Assembly: GCF_009914755.1 (NCBI RefSeq)
Contig: NC_060941.1
Direction: 5' to 3' (one strand)
From: the human T2T-CHM13v2.0 reference genome, Homo sapiens
Length of the DNA: 64,000 nucleotides
In this document: piece after piece, positions 1 to 30,699 of the stretch
How positions within the stretch are numbered: position 1 is the first letter of the stretch
How the letters are laid out: every line of letters starts with the position of its first letter
The notes under the pieces: generated by a model
The model's database searches: none
What the model was told of the DNA's origin: nothing
The model's input: the letters and a program-made list of their open reading frames with translations, nothing else
Made by a program: the position numbers and the translations under genes

Positions 1-12704
<12,704 letters not shown>

Positions 12705-13039
12705 GAGGGTGCAGCTTTTGAGGCAACTGAGAGCCTCTTTGACCTGAGAATCACAGCAACATACTTGTGGGCAGCAGAAACACCCAGGCCAGGAGATACA
12801 TTGGGAGGAATCTTTATCCCTTCCTGCTTCTCTTGTGGCCAGAGACCTGCACACTCTGTCCCACCCCCACACCTCCCATACCAATTTCTCAGCTTACCCA
12901 AGGCAGGTCCCAGGAGAAGGCTGTGGGGCAGGAAGGATTTGGGCTCTGAGATAGGTACTGCGGACACATGTTCCCATGGGAGAATGTTGCACGTGGCAGC
13001 TGATTTCTGTCCAAATCACAGCTGAATGGCAGAGTGGAG

Positions 13040-13215
13040 GAAAAAGAACCCAGGTGTGAGGCCAGACAGGCCCGTCTGATCCCAGCCCTGCCCCTAATTA
13101 GCCCTGTGACTTCTGAATAACACACCACAAAGGCCCCTTGGATTTGAGGTAAATTAAGTGACATGGCGCATATAAAAGGCCTGGTACCTAGTAGGTGCTC
13201 AAGAAATGTTAGCCG
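13040..13215 (+). mobile_element. MIR fragment
   Basis: ...CTGTGACTT...GCCTGGTACCTAGTAGGTGCTCAAGAAATGTTAGC resembles the MIR core and 3' end. Confidence 0.6.
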
Positions 13216-13782
13216 GTGCCCACTCCAGTTCTTCCCTGGCCTTTCCAGCTGTAGTTGGAGTACGTTAGGAACAAAATCGGCTTCTGCAGCTAATGATCAC
13301 TGCTTAGAAATGTGTTCTGAGTTCTGATCAATTTATCCAGAACCCGTGGAACCCCTCACCTCCTCTTATCTGCCCCCAAACAGTCCTGAGTCATTGACAG
13401 CATCTTGAACCTCCTGGCCCCTGGACTCACCCAGTGAGGCCATTCGTGAAGATCAAAGAAACGAAATCACCAGGCAGTGATACCAGGGCTGGATAGTCAC
13501 CTTCTGGCACCTTTTAGACATCTCTCTGCATCTTGGTCTTTCCTTCTGCAAGGACAACAATATTACAGCCCCCCAACCCTCCCCAGGCACTCACTACAGG
13601 AGATTAGCGTTACAAAGGCTCAGAACGGTGCCGGGAACATGGTGGCCCCAGGAGGGATTCTGCTGGTTCTGCAAACCCCACCGCAGGAAGACTTCCTGGC
13701 TTGTAAAATGAAGGAAAAGCAACCCATCAGGCGCTTGCCACTCACTGCCTGGCTGTCCTAGGCCATGGCCCCTTATCTGCGC

Positions 13783-13830
13783 CACACACACACACACACA
13801 CACACACTACACACACACACACCACACACA

Positions 13831-13873
<43 letters not shown>
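13783..13873. repeat. Interrupted (CA)n microsatellite
   Basis: About 90 bp of CA dinucleotides with a few interruptions. Confidence 0.95.
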
Positions 13874-13876
<3 letters not shown>

Positions 13877-13949
13877 CTCCCCCTCTCCCTCACCCCTCCT
13901 GGCTCGACAGGGGAGGAGCTGGGAGGGCCTGTCCCCTGTCCCCCTAGCC

Positions 13950-15250
13950 CAGCCTTAGCCCCTATTACCGGAGGCCTCCGCTTTCTAGAACCCCGGGAGG
14001 GGCTTCGTGGACGTGGCTGTGCCGCAGGGGGGCGCCCTCCTCCCGCCGTGCTCGGGGGTCGAACCCCGAGCGCTCCGGGAGGGCTTAAGCAGGCGGGGAG
14101 GTGAGGCGAGCCCGGGCCGGGCCGGGCCAGGCCGGGCCGCGAGGGGGCGCCCCACACCACCCTTGGCCTCCACCGCGCTCGCGCAGCTGGAACCTCCGAG
14201 AAGGCCCAGGGTGCAGAGGAAGGGAGAGGCCCAGGGGCCAGGGTCATGGGTGGGGACAGAACGGGGGCAGGAGGGGGCGCTGAAGAGGGAGGGAACGTGG
14301 AGATGGAGGGGAGGCAAACAACGAGGGGACATCCAGAGGGTCCCGGGAACGCGACCTGGGGGTTGGACAGGAAACCAGGGGTCGGGGCAGCCTGCTGGGG
14401 GCGTCTCGTGCCCCCCACCCTCCATTCCTCTGAACCAGTCCGGAAGGGGGGTTCGGCTGGCAAGCCGCGGTGGCGTCAGCCTCTGGCACCCGCTGCTGCC
14501 CGGCCCGTGGCTCCAGGCAACCGGGGACGCTGCGGGGGCTGCGCTGGGCAGCGGGTGCGGGTGCGGGCGCCCCCCATCGCGGGCCCAGGCGTTCCCCCAG
14601 CAGGCCCAGGAGCCCCCACGGGTCCAGGTGCGCCCCTGAGGCCTGGCTCCCCTGGGGCCGCGTGCCCGGAACGTGACTCAGCGCTTTCTCCGTGCCGGGC
14701 TGCGGTGGGGAGCGGGACGGAGGCGAGTGGCGCTGTCCCCAGGAAGGGCCCCGCACAGGCCCCCGCCAGGCGGGATCTTTCCCGGGTCGGGCAGGTTCGT
14801 TCATTTGTTCACGAACTCAGCGTCAGCGAGGCAGGAAGCGGGAAGAGAGAGGAGACCCCGGATAAGAAGATGGTGCTGTTGGAAACATTTGGGAATTTGG
14901 GGTGCGCTGCAGGCCTGGGTCATCCAGGCCACAGGAGAGGCACAGGGCTGCGGCCTGGGTTGGGGGAACAGCCACAGCTGTGGGGCGTTTCAAGGAGGCC
15001 GAGGCACAGGCGTATGGACTGGATTTTGAAGGATGGGAGAAGGGGGCCTCAGGACAGGAACCGGCCTTATGGAAAGAAAGCTGGGAAGTAGGGAGGGGGC
15101 CGGGGGTGTCGGAGAGGACAGCTGAGTGTGGCGGGAGCGGAGGCAGAGCGGCCCTGGGGCCCCGGCGTCAGCTGAGGTTGCACTGTGTTTGGAGAGGAGC
15201 CTCGGAGGGGTGGGCTGCCTGGCAGCAGTGGCCTGGGGGCCGCAAATGAG
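13950..15250. promoter_or_regulatory. CpG island with no recognisable adjacent coding gene; CTCF-like motifs and an AP-1/ARE site
   Basis: Dense CpG; CCGCGAGGGGGCGC 14137-14150; TGACTCAGC 14674-14682. Confidence 0.75.
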
Positions 15251-15742
15251 GAGGGTGCAGTGCCTTGGGCAGTAAATTAGAAGACACAGGCTGCTGGCTG
15301 GGGGCGGGAGGGCACAGGGAAGCCCTGCCCGGGAGCAGGCCGAGAGCTAGGTTTCCACCGTTCCCCGCCAACCCCAAACTGAGGACCGATGGATCCTGCC
15401 CCTGCGGTGGGAAACCAGGAGGCCTCTTTCCCTGACTGGATAGCTGCCCTGAGGCAGGGGATTGAGTGAGATGACCCTGAAGGGAGTCCCCAGTGTGCTC
15501 TTGTTCTGTGGGCTTGCCTGTCGTTCACACTCACGGAAGGGTCCTCCTGGCTGCCTGAAATGAATGAATGAATGAGCAGAGATATCTCAGCGTGTATTCC
15601 CTGGGGGGACACCACACACACTTCCTTCTTCAATAAGGGCTTTTTAATGAGGCCAGGGAGGAGACTGGGCTGGAGGTGAGGCCTGGGCCCCTGAGGGCAG
15701 AGGGACAGGCGGGACAGGCCTGAGTTGCCTTGCTTTGCTTGC

Positions 15743-15926
15743 CTTCCTTCCTTCCTTTCTTTCTCTCTCTCTCTCCTTCCTTCCTTCCTTCTTTCCTTCC
15801 TTCCTTCTTTGCTTCCTTCCTTCTTTCCTTCCTTCTCTGTCTCTTTCTTCTTTCTCTCTCCCTTCTCTTTCTCGCTTTCTTTCACTCTCTCCCTCCCTCC
15901 CTCCTTCCTTCCTTCTTTTTCTTTTT
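15743..15926. repeat. Polypyrimidine (CCTT/CT)n low-complexity tract at the tail of a minus-strand Alu
   Basis: Direct reading; abuts Alu 15927-16214. Confidence 0.9.
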
Positions 15927-16214
15927 CAGAGTTTCACTCTTGTAGCCCAGCCTGGAGTGCAGTGAGCTGAGATTGCGCCACTGCACTCACTGCAACCTCC
16001 ACCTCTCGGGTTCAAGCGATTCTCCTGCCTCAGCCTCCCAAGTAGCTGGGACTACAGGTGTGCACCACCACGCACGGTTAATTTTTTTATTTTTAGTAGA
16101 GATGGGATTTCACCGCGTTGGTCAGGCTGATCTCGAACTCCTGACCTCAGGTGATTCTCCCCGCCTCAGCCTCCGAAAGTGCTGGGATTACAGGCGTGAG
16201 CCACCATGCCCAGC
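15927..16214 (-). mobile_element. Alu with an internal micro-inversion
   Basis: Alu consensus reversed, with the segment 15965-15988 inverted. Confidence 0.9.
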
Positions 16215-18080
16215 CTCCTGAGCTGCCTTTCTGATAGTTCCCCACTATCTGCCCAGCTGAAAACTCTGGCTTTTGGATCTGGCTCTGCCAGTAAGTCATT
16301 GTGAGAATTAGGGTGCATCCTGCCACCCCCTATCCATGCCACCATGCTCTGCTGAGCACCAAGCATGTGCCATACCTGACTCCGACCAGGTGCCACAGAG
16401 AACTGCACACTGCCCTCCCGGAGCTCCCAGTCCAGCAGGGGAGACACAGATGCTGCTGTGGTGAGTGGAGAGGTGGCAGACATCCACACAGGTCCCCCAG
16501 CAGGCGGTGCCCACGAGAAGCCAGCCTCACCTGTGCCACCGTCCTCAGAGCTGTGTCCTCTCTGTGCCTCGTTTTCTTCAGCTATAGGTGACACTAGATG
16601 GCTCCTGAGGCCTCCTGCAGATGACAGGTGCTTGCTGCTGTCATTGAGGGGTACTCCAGCTGCTCCTGCCTCCCACAAAAGGGCAAACAGACAAACCCCA
16701 CCTCCAGCTAGCACCCCTCAAGGAATCTGGGCCTGCAGCTCCTCAGGACCAGACTTGGAGCTGGGGTCTGCCAGAGGCCCAGCCAGCTGATGTGGTGTCT
16801 CCCAGAGCTCAGGGCCCAGCCAAGGTGCTTCCCCCAACAAACTTGAACCCCAGCCAGCAGCCAGGAGCCCCACAGTGGGCAGTCTGTGCTGGCAGCAGGC
16901 GAGGGGCACGGGTCCTGGGCAGGCAGGAACAGAGGCCCCCTGCACTTGTCTTCTGCCCTGGAGGCACTCACCAGGCTGCAGGGGTGAAGCAGGGAAAGGG
17001 ATTGTGGTGGAGGTCATCCCCCAAACTGAGTTCTAGACCCACCAGCTCAAAGGGCTCAGGGTCAAGGGTGGACCATGGGATGTGGGCTTTCTGGAACTCT
17101 GGCCAGCTAGGGGCAGAGCGAGTGTCCGGGGACCCCCAGCCCCAACTCTGCTCCAGCCAGGCCCGCTCTTCTGTGAGAGAGGTGGCATTGCCAGAGCTGA
17201 TGTTGGTTCAGGTACCAGCCTGGGGATCCCGATGTGTCTTACCAACCGCCTGCTCAAACAGAAGAACCAAAAAGGCTGGCACAAGTTCTGCCAGGATGGC
17301 GATGCAGGGAGGACCCTCCCTCTGCAGGTGTCACCAGCCGCACTGAGAGAAAAGGCTCGCGCCTGAGTTTTAAGACCTGGGCTTGGATGGCACGGTGACA
17401 CGCACCCCGCGGGCTGGTTTATTTTCCTCCTTCCCACCTCTTCACATCTCCTTCAGGTGCTAGACACGGAGAGGGCCAAGAGAACCACTTGGGAAGGGGA
17501 CTGACAACCTCGCTGGCCATTGTATGGTCGTCAATACCATGCGCCTGCTGTCCCGGGCTCTGGCAGGTGGGGTGTGTTGAGGATGCTGTGGGGGCCCAGA
17601 GCCCACACCTAACCCAGGTGGAGACCAGGACTGGGGACTCTGGAACTAAGTCCTGAAGGGCGTTACCCAGGTGAAGCGGGAGAGCGGGAGGGTGCTCATT
17701 CAAGGCAGAAGGCAGGGATTGGGACAGGAAGAGTGGAAATAGTGATTCTCAGTGGTGCATTAGTGTGACTGGTCACAGAGGGGAGGGGAGGGGAGAAGAT
17801 GAGGGATGAGCAGGAGTCAGATCTTGATGGAGCTTAGGGGGCCCGAAGCTCCTCCTGTAGGCGAAGGAACTCATTGCAGTTAGCTGAGGAGTGGCCAGAG
17901 CTGCACTTGAAAAGGGTCACCCTGGCCCCTCATCTTCCCTAGCACTGAGAGGCTAGCAGCCCCTGGGCACACTGGTGGGGGTCCCACCTCCATGCCTTTG
18001 CTCACTCCCCGCCTTCTGCCTGAAACTCTTTTCCTCCCTGCACTCCTGCTGGATACCTGGGCCATCTGTTTGAAGAATCA

Positions 18081-22817
<4,737 letters not shown>

Positions 22818-25598
22818 CTAGGAGACTCAGCTTGGAAAAGGAACCATACCTCATGAGCAAAGCTCCGAGAACAGGATTCTTGCCTTGAAGCTGCAATGCC
22901 CAAACATTTTAGCCTCAGAGTCTGTGAGTCCTATGGGTAAGGCTGTGGGCTTCCCAGCTCGGTGGGTTAGAAAGGCTCCCCAAGACGAGGTCTCATTCCT
23001 TGTTGCCCCTCCCTGACTCAGCTCAAAGGTCTAAGGAACCAGGTCACCAGGTGAGTGACTGACCAGTATCCAGCAGCACCTGGGACCCTGGCCTTCCTCT
23101 CCTGCAGCTGAGAATCTCCGGCCTCCAGCTGCGTCCTGCGAGCTGGGTGCAGGTCAGCTACCCTGACCTCCCGGGGCCCCTGCCCCTCTCGGGGCTCCTG
23201 TCCCTCCTCTCTGCTCCTCTTGCTCCTGAGTGCCCTTCCAAGTTACTGCAGACCTGCTCCTCCACCGTTCCGCCCCTTACACCCCATAGTTCCGCACATT
23301 AGCCAGAGCTCCCCACACCCTCCGGTTCACCCTGGCGCGGCCCCACCACCTCCCCATCCTCTTCCTCTTCCCTCTCCAAGAAAGGGGCCGGCGCTTACCC
23401 TTCCTGCCTCCTCTGAGACCCTCTTCCTCCTGCTCTCACCAGGAGCTCTCTCAGCACTGCCAACCCCTCGGGGTCACCCGTACCCCTTCTTTCCTTCAAA
23501 CACCCCCAGGCCTCCCATCTTAAAGCTCTCCTTGGGTCTGCCCTCACCCCTGTCCGCACCCCTCTCCTTTCTTTCTCCCCATTTGGAGCTGGAGTTTGCT
23601 GCCTGCTCTCACTCTCCCCGCACCCCACCAACTGCACTAAGGACACAGCCCCATGGGAGGCCGCCGGGACCTCCAGGGCCAATGCCGGCTTCCGCTGCCC
23701 CCACTCAGGCTGCCCTGCGGCGCTCAGCACTGTGGGCGCTCCCTTCAGGGGGTGGGGAACAGGTGTGTGAGCGCAGTGGCTCCCCCTGCCCGAGTTCCCA
23801 GGCGTCCTCCCGCTCCCTCTCGGCTTTGCCTCCTCCTCCCTGGTCCCCTGGTTTCCTAGTGGTGGTCCTCGTTCTCCGCTACCCTCCCTCTGTTCTCACT
23901 TCCACACGAGAGGCCCCCAAATCCACAGGGTCAACAGCCTGCCCCCCTCGCTCAATTCCAGAACGGGGCAGCAATGGGGCTTTCCTCCAAGTTCTCCCTG
24001 GGCTGCAATGCCTTCTACCTCTGCACACCCTTGGGTCAAACCACTGCCTCCAGAGGCCTCGGGAATGTTCCCAGCCCAGGGACTGGAGAACCCCTGGGTG
24101 TTGACTATCTGGCTTCTCGGCTGCTTTTCTATCTTGTGTTGATCTGCCAGCCAGCACATATATTCATTCATCTATTCAAAAAATACTTAACACGTTGGGG
24201 GCTGTGATGCTTCAAAGGTAGGAATCACCAAGACAGGCCATCTTCCCACAGGGGTCTGCAGACCTGTGGGCTTAGTAGGTAGGGTCTGTATCCCAGTCCA
24301 CCCCTCCTTTTCCCCTGCCCAACTCATGGGCACAGTTCACTCGAAGGAAATTGAAGGCACTCTGTTGCTCAGTGGGGATGGGGACAGGGCTTGGTACCCA
24401 GGGTTAGGCAGGAAGAGAGGCAGGGCAGCTGGTAGGGGTGTGCGGGGCTGTAGACGGAGCCTGTGGGTGGCTGGGCAAGGGGAGAGCTGTGGGCAGCTGC
24501 CCCACCTCAACTTAATTCCCTGGGCAAACAGCAGCATTGGGAGGCCTGCCCACCGCAATCCCGCTGCGGTTCTGGCTTCAAAGGGCCCTGGGGGCTGTGG
24601 GCGGGGTGGGCTTCGTGGAGGTATGCACACCCTCTCCAATTCCTGGAACTCCTACTTTCCTGGGAGCGCGGGTCCTGGGGCTCAGACCTCTCTGTCCTCA
24701 GAACAGGGTGGTGCGGCCCAAGGGCAGGTGAGGGGCTGGTGGGAGTCAGTTCAGGGCTGTACTGGAAGGCTATCAGGGGCCAGTAGGGAGACCCTCATCC
24801 CCGACAGCCCCTTCCGTTACGGTCCCCCAACCTCTCCTTGCCCTGCCAGCTCAGGCTGTCTGGCTTCTGGGGGACAATGTCCTTCCAGTTGGCCCCTGCC
24901 AACTTCTGACGCAGGCAGGGAAGGTTCAAGCCCCAGCATGCCCAGAAGCTTTGACCTGCTCACCTGGGAGCCACAGAGTGGGGCAGACACAGGTGCCCCG
25001 GGAAGAATGCAGCCCCTGAGGGCCTTCTGCGCTTCACCTGCTCCTCAGCTCACACCAGTCAGCGAGGCTTTGGCATGCGGGGGCCCATAAAGCCCCCTCC
25101 CCTGCCCGAGGTGCCGCCCCCATCCTCCCCCCCCGCCCGCCCCGGTCACCTGTGTTTTCCTCCTCACCAAACAAGAATGTGTCAGCAGGGCCCGGGCTCC
25201 TCCCCCACCCCATTGTTAACAAGGCCGGCTCGGCGGCCCCTTCCCACATCCCCACCCCCGACAGGCCCAGGCCTGCCCCAAGGGACCAGCCCACTGCCCC
25301 CTGCCGGGAGCGCACCTACACCTATTTACCTTTGGGCCTCAGCCCAGGAGGGAGCTGCACCTGACCCTCCACCGCCCCGCCTTCTTTCCTGCCCTCCAGC
25401 TCACCCTCTTCCGGCAAGTCTGGGTCCTGGGGCGGGGGAGGAGGTGGAGAACCATTCCTGACTCCTGCCCCAGATGGAGCTCAGCTCTGCAGGGGGCCTG
25501 GTCAGTTTGTCCCAGCGGAGCATAAAGTGCAGGGTTGAGGGGGATCCCTGGGGACCTTCCAGACCTGAGAGTCACTGGGCCCTGGGTGGCCTGTCCTA

Positions 25599-27337
<1,739 letters not shown>

Positions 27338-27469
27338 GAGGTAAATGAACATCTTTTTACGAAAAAGCCACCCCACTGAGGGGCAAGGCAGGGGTGAATA
27401 GGAGTGAGGAGCTCCTAGCCCACACTCTCGCCACTCCCCAGCTTGGCCTGCTGAAAGTCATGCCCTCTC

Positions 27470-27630
27470 CAGGGCCCCCTCTCGGTTTTGCCGCACATTG
27501 GAAACATCTGGGGACCTTACAAATGCTGATGCCTGGGTCCCACCCCGGAAATTCTGGTCTAATTGGTCCAGGGTGCAGCCCAGCAGTGGGATTTTTCAGG
27601 AGCCTCCAGGTGACTGTCAAGCTGGGGCAA
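27470..27630. mobile_element. MER5A-like hAT DNA transposon remnant
   Basis: CACATTGGAAACATCTGGGGA...ATGCCTGGGTCCCACCCC..AAATTCTG.TCTAATTGGTC.AGGGTG...CCAGGTGA. Confidence 0.65.
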
Positions 27631-28892
27631 ACCTCGATCTGCTTCTCAGGCCTGGTGCTCCCCCAGTGGGGTGTCCTGCCTGCCCCAGACATTGCCCCCC
27701 TTCCCCCCAGCACAGGCCTGGGGCACACAGCTACACGCCCAGCCTGTCAGTCCAAAGCTGGAGGCTGATCCTGTGGGGAGAAGGCTGGAGCCCAGCTTGT
27801 TCCCCCATTGCTGGGGTCCATGGAGAGGAAGGGGGCGGACAGTGGGGAAAAGGAGAGGGGAGTTGCTTGCGGGGTGAAGGGAATTGGGGCAGCCCTCAGC
27901 CTGCCTTCCTGGACCCTGCAGGCTGCGTGCCCTCCTGCAGTATTTAGAATAATTAGCAAGTGAAAGCAGCCGGTTAGCAGGGGAATGCCAGGTTGGCCTA
28001 GAGCCAACCCCGAGGACGAAGAAAGAAAGGGGCTTTGGGAGAAAGGGGTCCGTGGAGGCTGGGCAGGAATGCTTGGGACGTTGCCTGTTTGTGCCCCTGT
28101 GTGTGTGCGCCCGTGTGCGAGGAAGTGGCTTTCTGGAGGCGTCGTGCACCCATGAGGGTGTATATGTGGCGGGGACTGAGTTGGAAGGTGGCTCCCGGGC
28201 AAAGCAAGGGGGGCGGGGGATTGAAAGGTGCTGGCTGAGTGTCACCCAGACACAAATTTCCCATGCCTCAGTTTCCCCATCAGAACTCCGGTAGTCTGGT
28301 TCCTGCCAGTGTAGGTGGGAGGGGTGGGTCTGAGCTCACTCCCTTCCCTGGTGGCCTTCCTCCTCTCCAAACCTGCATTGGGCCAGGTTGTGTGGCAAGT
28401 GGGGGCCCTGGAGCTGGGTCCCTCCAGGAGAGGACCAAGCGAGGGAGGTGCTGGAGACCAGCCCAGGCCGGGGATGGCTGACTGGGGCAGGCGGGCCCGG
28501 GCAGGCCCTCGCAGTAGGGGACAGCAGGGGCCGAGCCCAGGGCACACTTAGCCTTTGAGATTCCCTGGGTCTGGGGACTGAGGCCACTCCTCCTCCCTTT
28601 GTCTCCTGATCCCCCAGGGCTGTGGACCCCAGTCTCCCCATTGCACAGATGGAGGCACTGAGGCCTAGGCTGCAGGGGACAACCGAGAGCCACCCCTCAG
28701 CCCCTTCCTCCCCGGGGATGCTGAGGTCATGGGGAGTTGGTTAGTGCTCTTTGCAGGCCGTAAGTGCCCCCGCATCTTCCTCTCAGCCATCCCTCCCTCC
28801 AGCAAAGAGAAGCGCTGCCTCTCCAGAACACTGAGCCCTCACCTGTTCCCAAAGAAAGTTTTGAGCAGGTCCATATTTAGATTTTTAAAAAT

Positions 28893-28898
28893 TTTATT
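28893..28898 (-). terminator. FOXJ1: FOXJ1 polyadenylation signal AATAAA (3' UTR about 28875-29895)
   Basis: TTTATT on + strand in an AT-rich patch about 1 kb past the stop codon. Confidence 0.85.
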
Positions 28899-29895
28899 TT
28901 TAAAAACTTTTCATTGTAAATAACTTTCATGAAAAAGGTTAAATTGCCCCACGGGGCAGGAGGGTGGATGTGGGACGCAGCCCAGGGAGTCCGGGTGGAG
29001 CAAGGCACGCCCCACGCCCCCGAGGAGTGCAGGCAGGGGCGTGGGGTACCCCGCTTCTTGGTCCCAGTAGTTCCAGCAAGCTCGGCATCCCTCCCAGTTA
29101 AGCCTCAGCTACAGCTACACTCACTACATTAGTCTGTCTGTCCTGCCCCATACAGCTTGGCTGCCCCGGCCCCCAAACCACCAAACCCAAACTTCCAGCT
29201 GCTCTCAGCCTCAAGTCGGGCTTAAAGATTAGGGATTTACGTCCCCTCCCCGCCCCCTAGGGATGGGGCCAGGCAAAGACCCCAGAGGCCTTAGAGAGGA
29301 TCTCCTTGCCCCACCCTGTGCCACCACCTCATTTTGGTCTCCTCTCTCTGCCCCCTCCCCCAGTCCATCTTCTGCCCTGCTCCGCCCCATCCACAGCCTG
29401 CCCCGGCCCCAGGGAGGCTCTGCCAGGAGAAGCCTCCAGGGGGTTAATTTGCTGTCATCTAATTAGCATTTGTTGTACCTGGGGACTCTCTCTGGATAGA
29501 GACCTGGGGAAGCAGGGGGGAAGCGGAGGTGCTCTGGGAGGGCCCAGTTCTGTTCCTCCCCAGCCTGACCCGGGCTCCTCCAGGCCTCGGCTCTCATGGT
29601 GCAGGGTCCTTTAGCCGGTTTCTGGGGCTGGGAAGACGCGGAGCAATGAAACACTGTGTGTACAAGGTGGGGCTGGGGAGAGGAGGCAGCGATTCTGGTC
29701 CTGGGCCCTCGTTTTCAGCCTCCTGGGCTTGAATCTGATGGCAGCTGGGGCTGGTGGCCATGTGGCCTCTGGGGCAAGCCTTGGAGCCCTGGCCCAGCCC
29801 CTGCCTAGGTGGTGGGGTGTCTGTGGACCTGTGTTGGGGGGCAGTTCTGGACCCTGACTTGGGCACTGTCCAGAGGTGGGGCAGGGCCTGGCCTC

Positions 29896-30699
<804 letters not shown>

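Noticed and set aside
13831-15249. Long overlapping ORFs up to 281 aa on both strands
   Set aside because: Stop-codon scarcity in a GC-rich CpG island; G/P/A/R-biased with no recognisable domain
15277-15970. Lys/Glu/Arg-rich and Phe/Leu/Ser-rich ORFs
   Set aside because: Translations of the (CCTT)n simple repeat
16166-16714. 182-aa minus-strand ORF with a signal-peptide-like start
   Set aside because: GTG start, runs through MIR/L2-like and Alu sequence, no family recognised
23220-25090. 294-aa and 274-aa plus-strand ORFs
   Set aside because: Non-ATG starts, low-complexity Pro/Ser/Gly content, no recognisable homology
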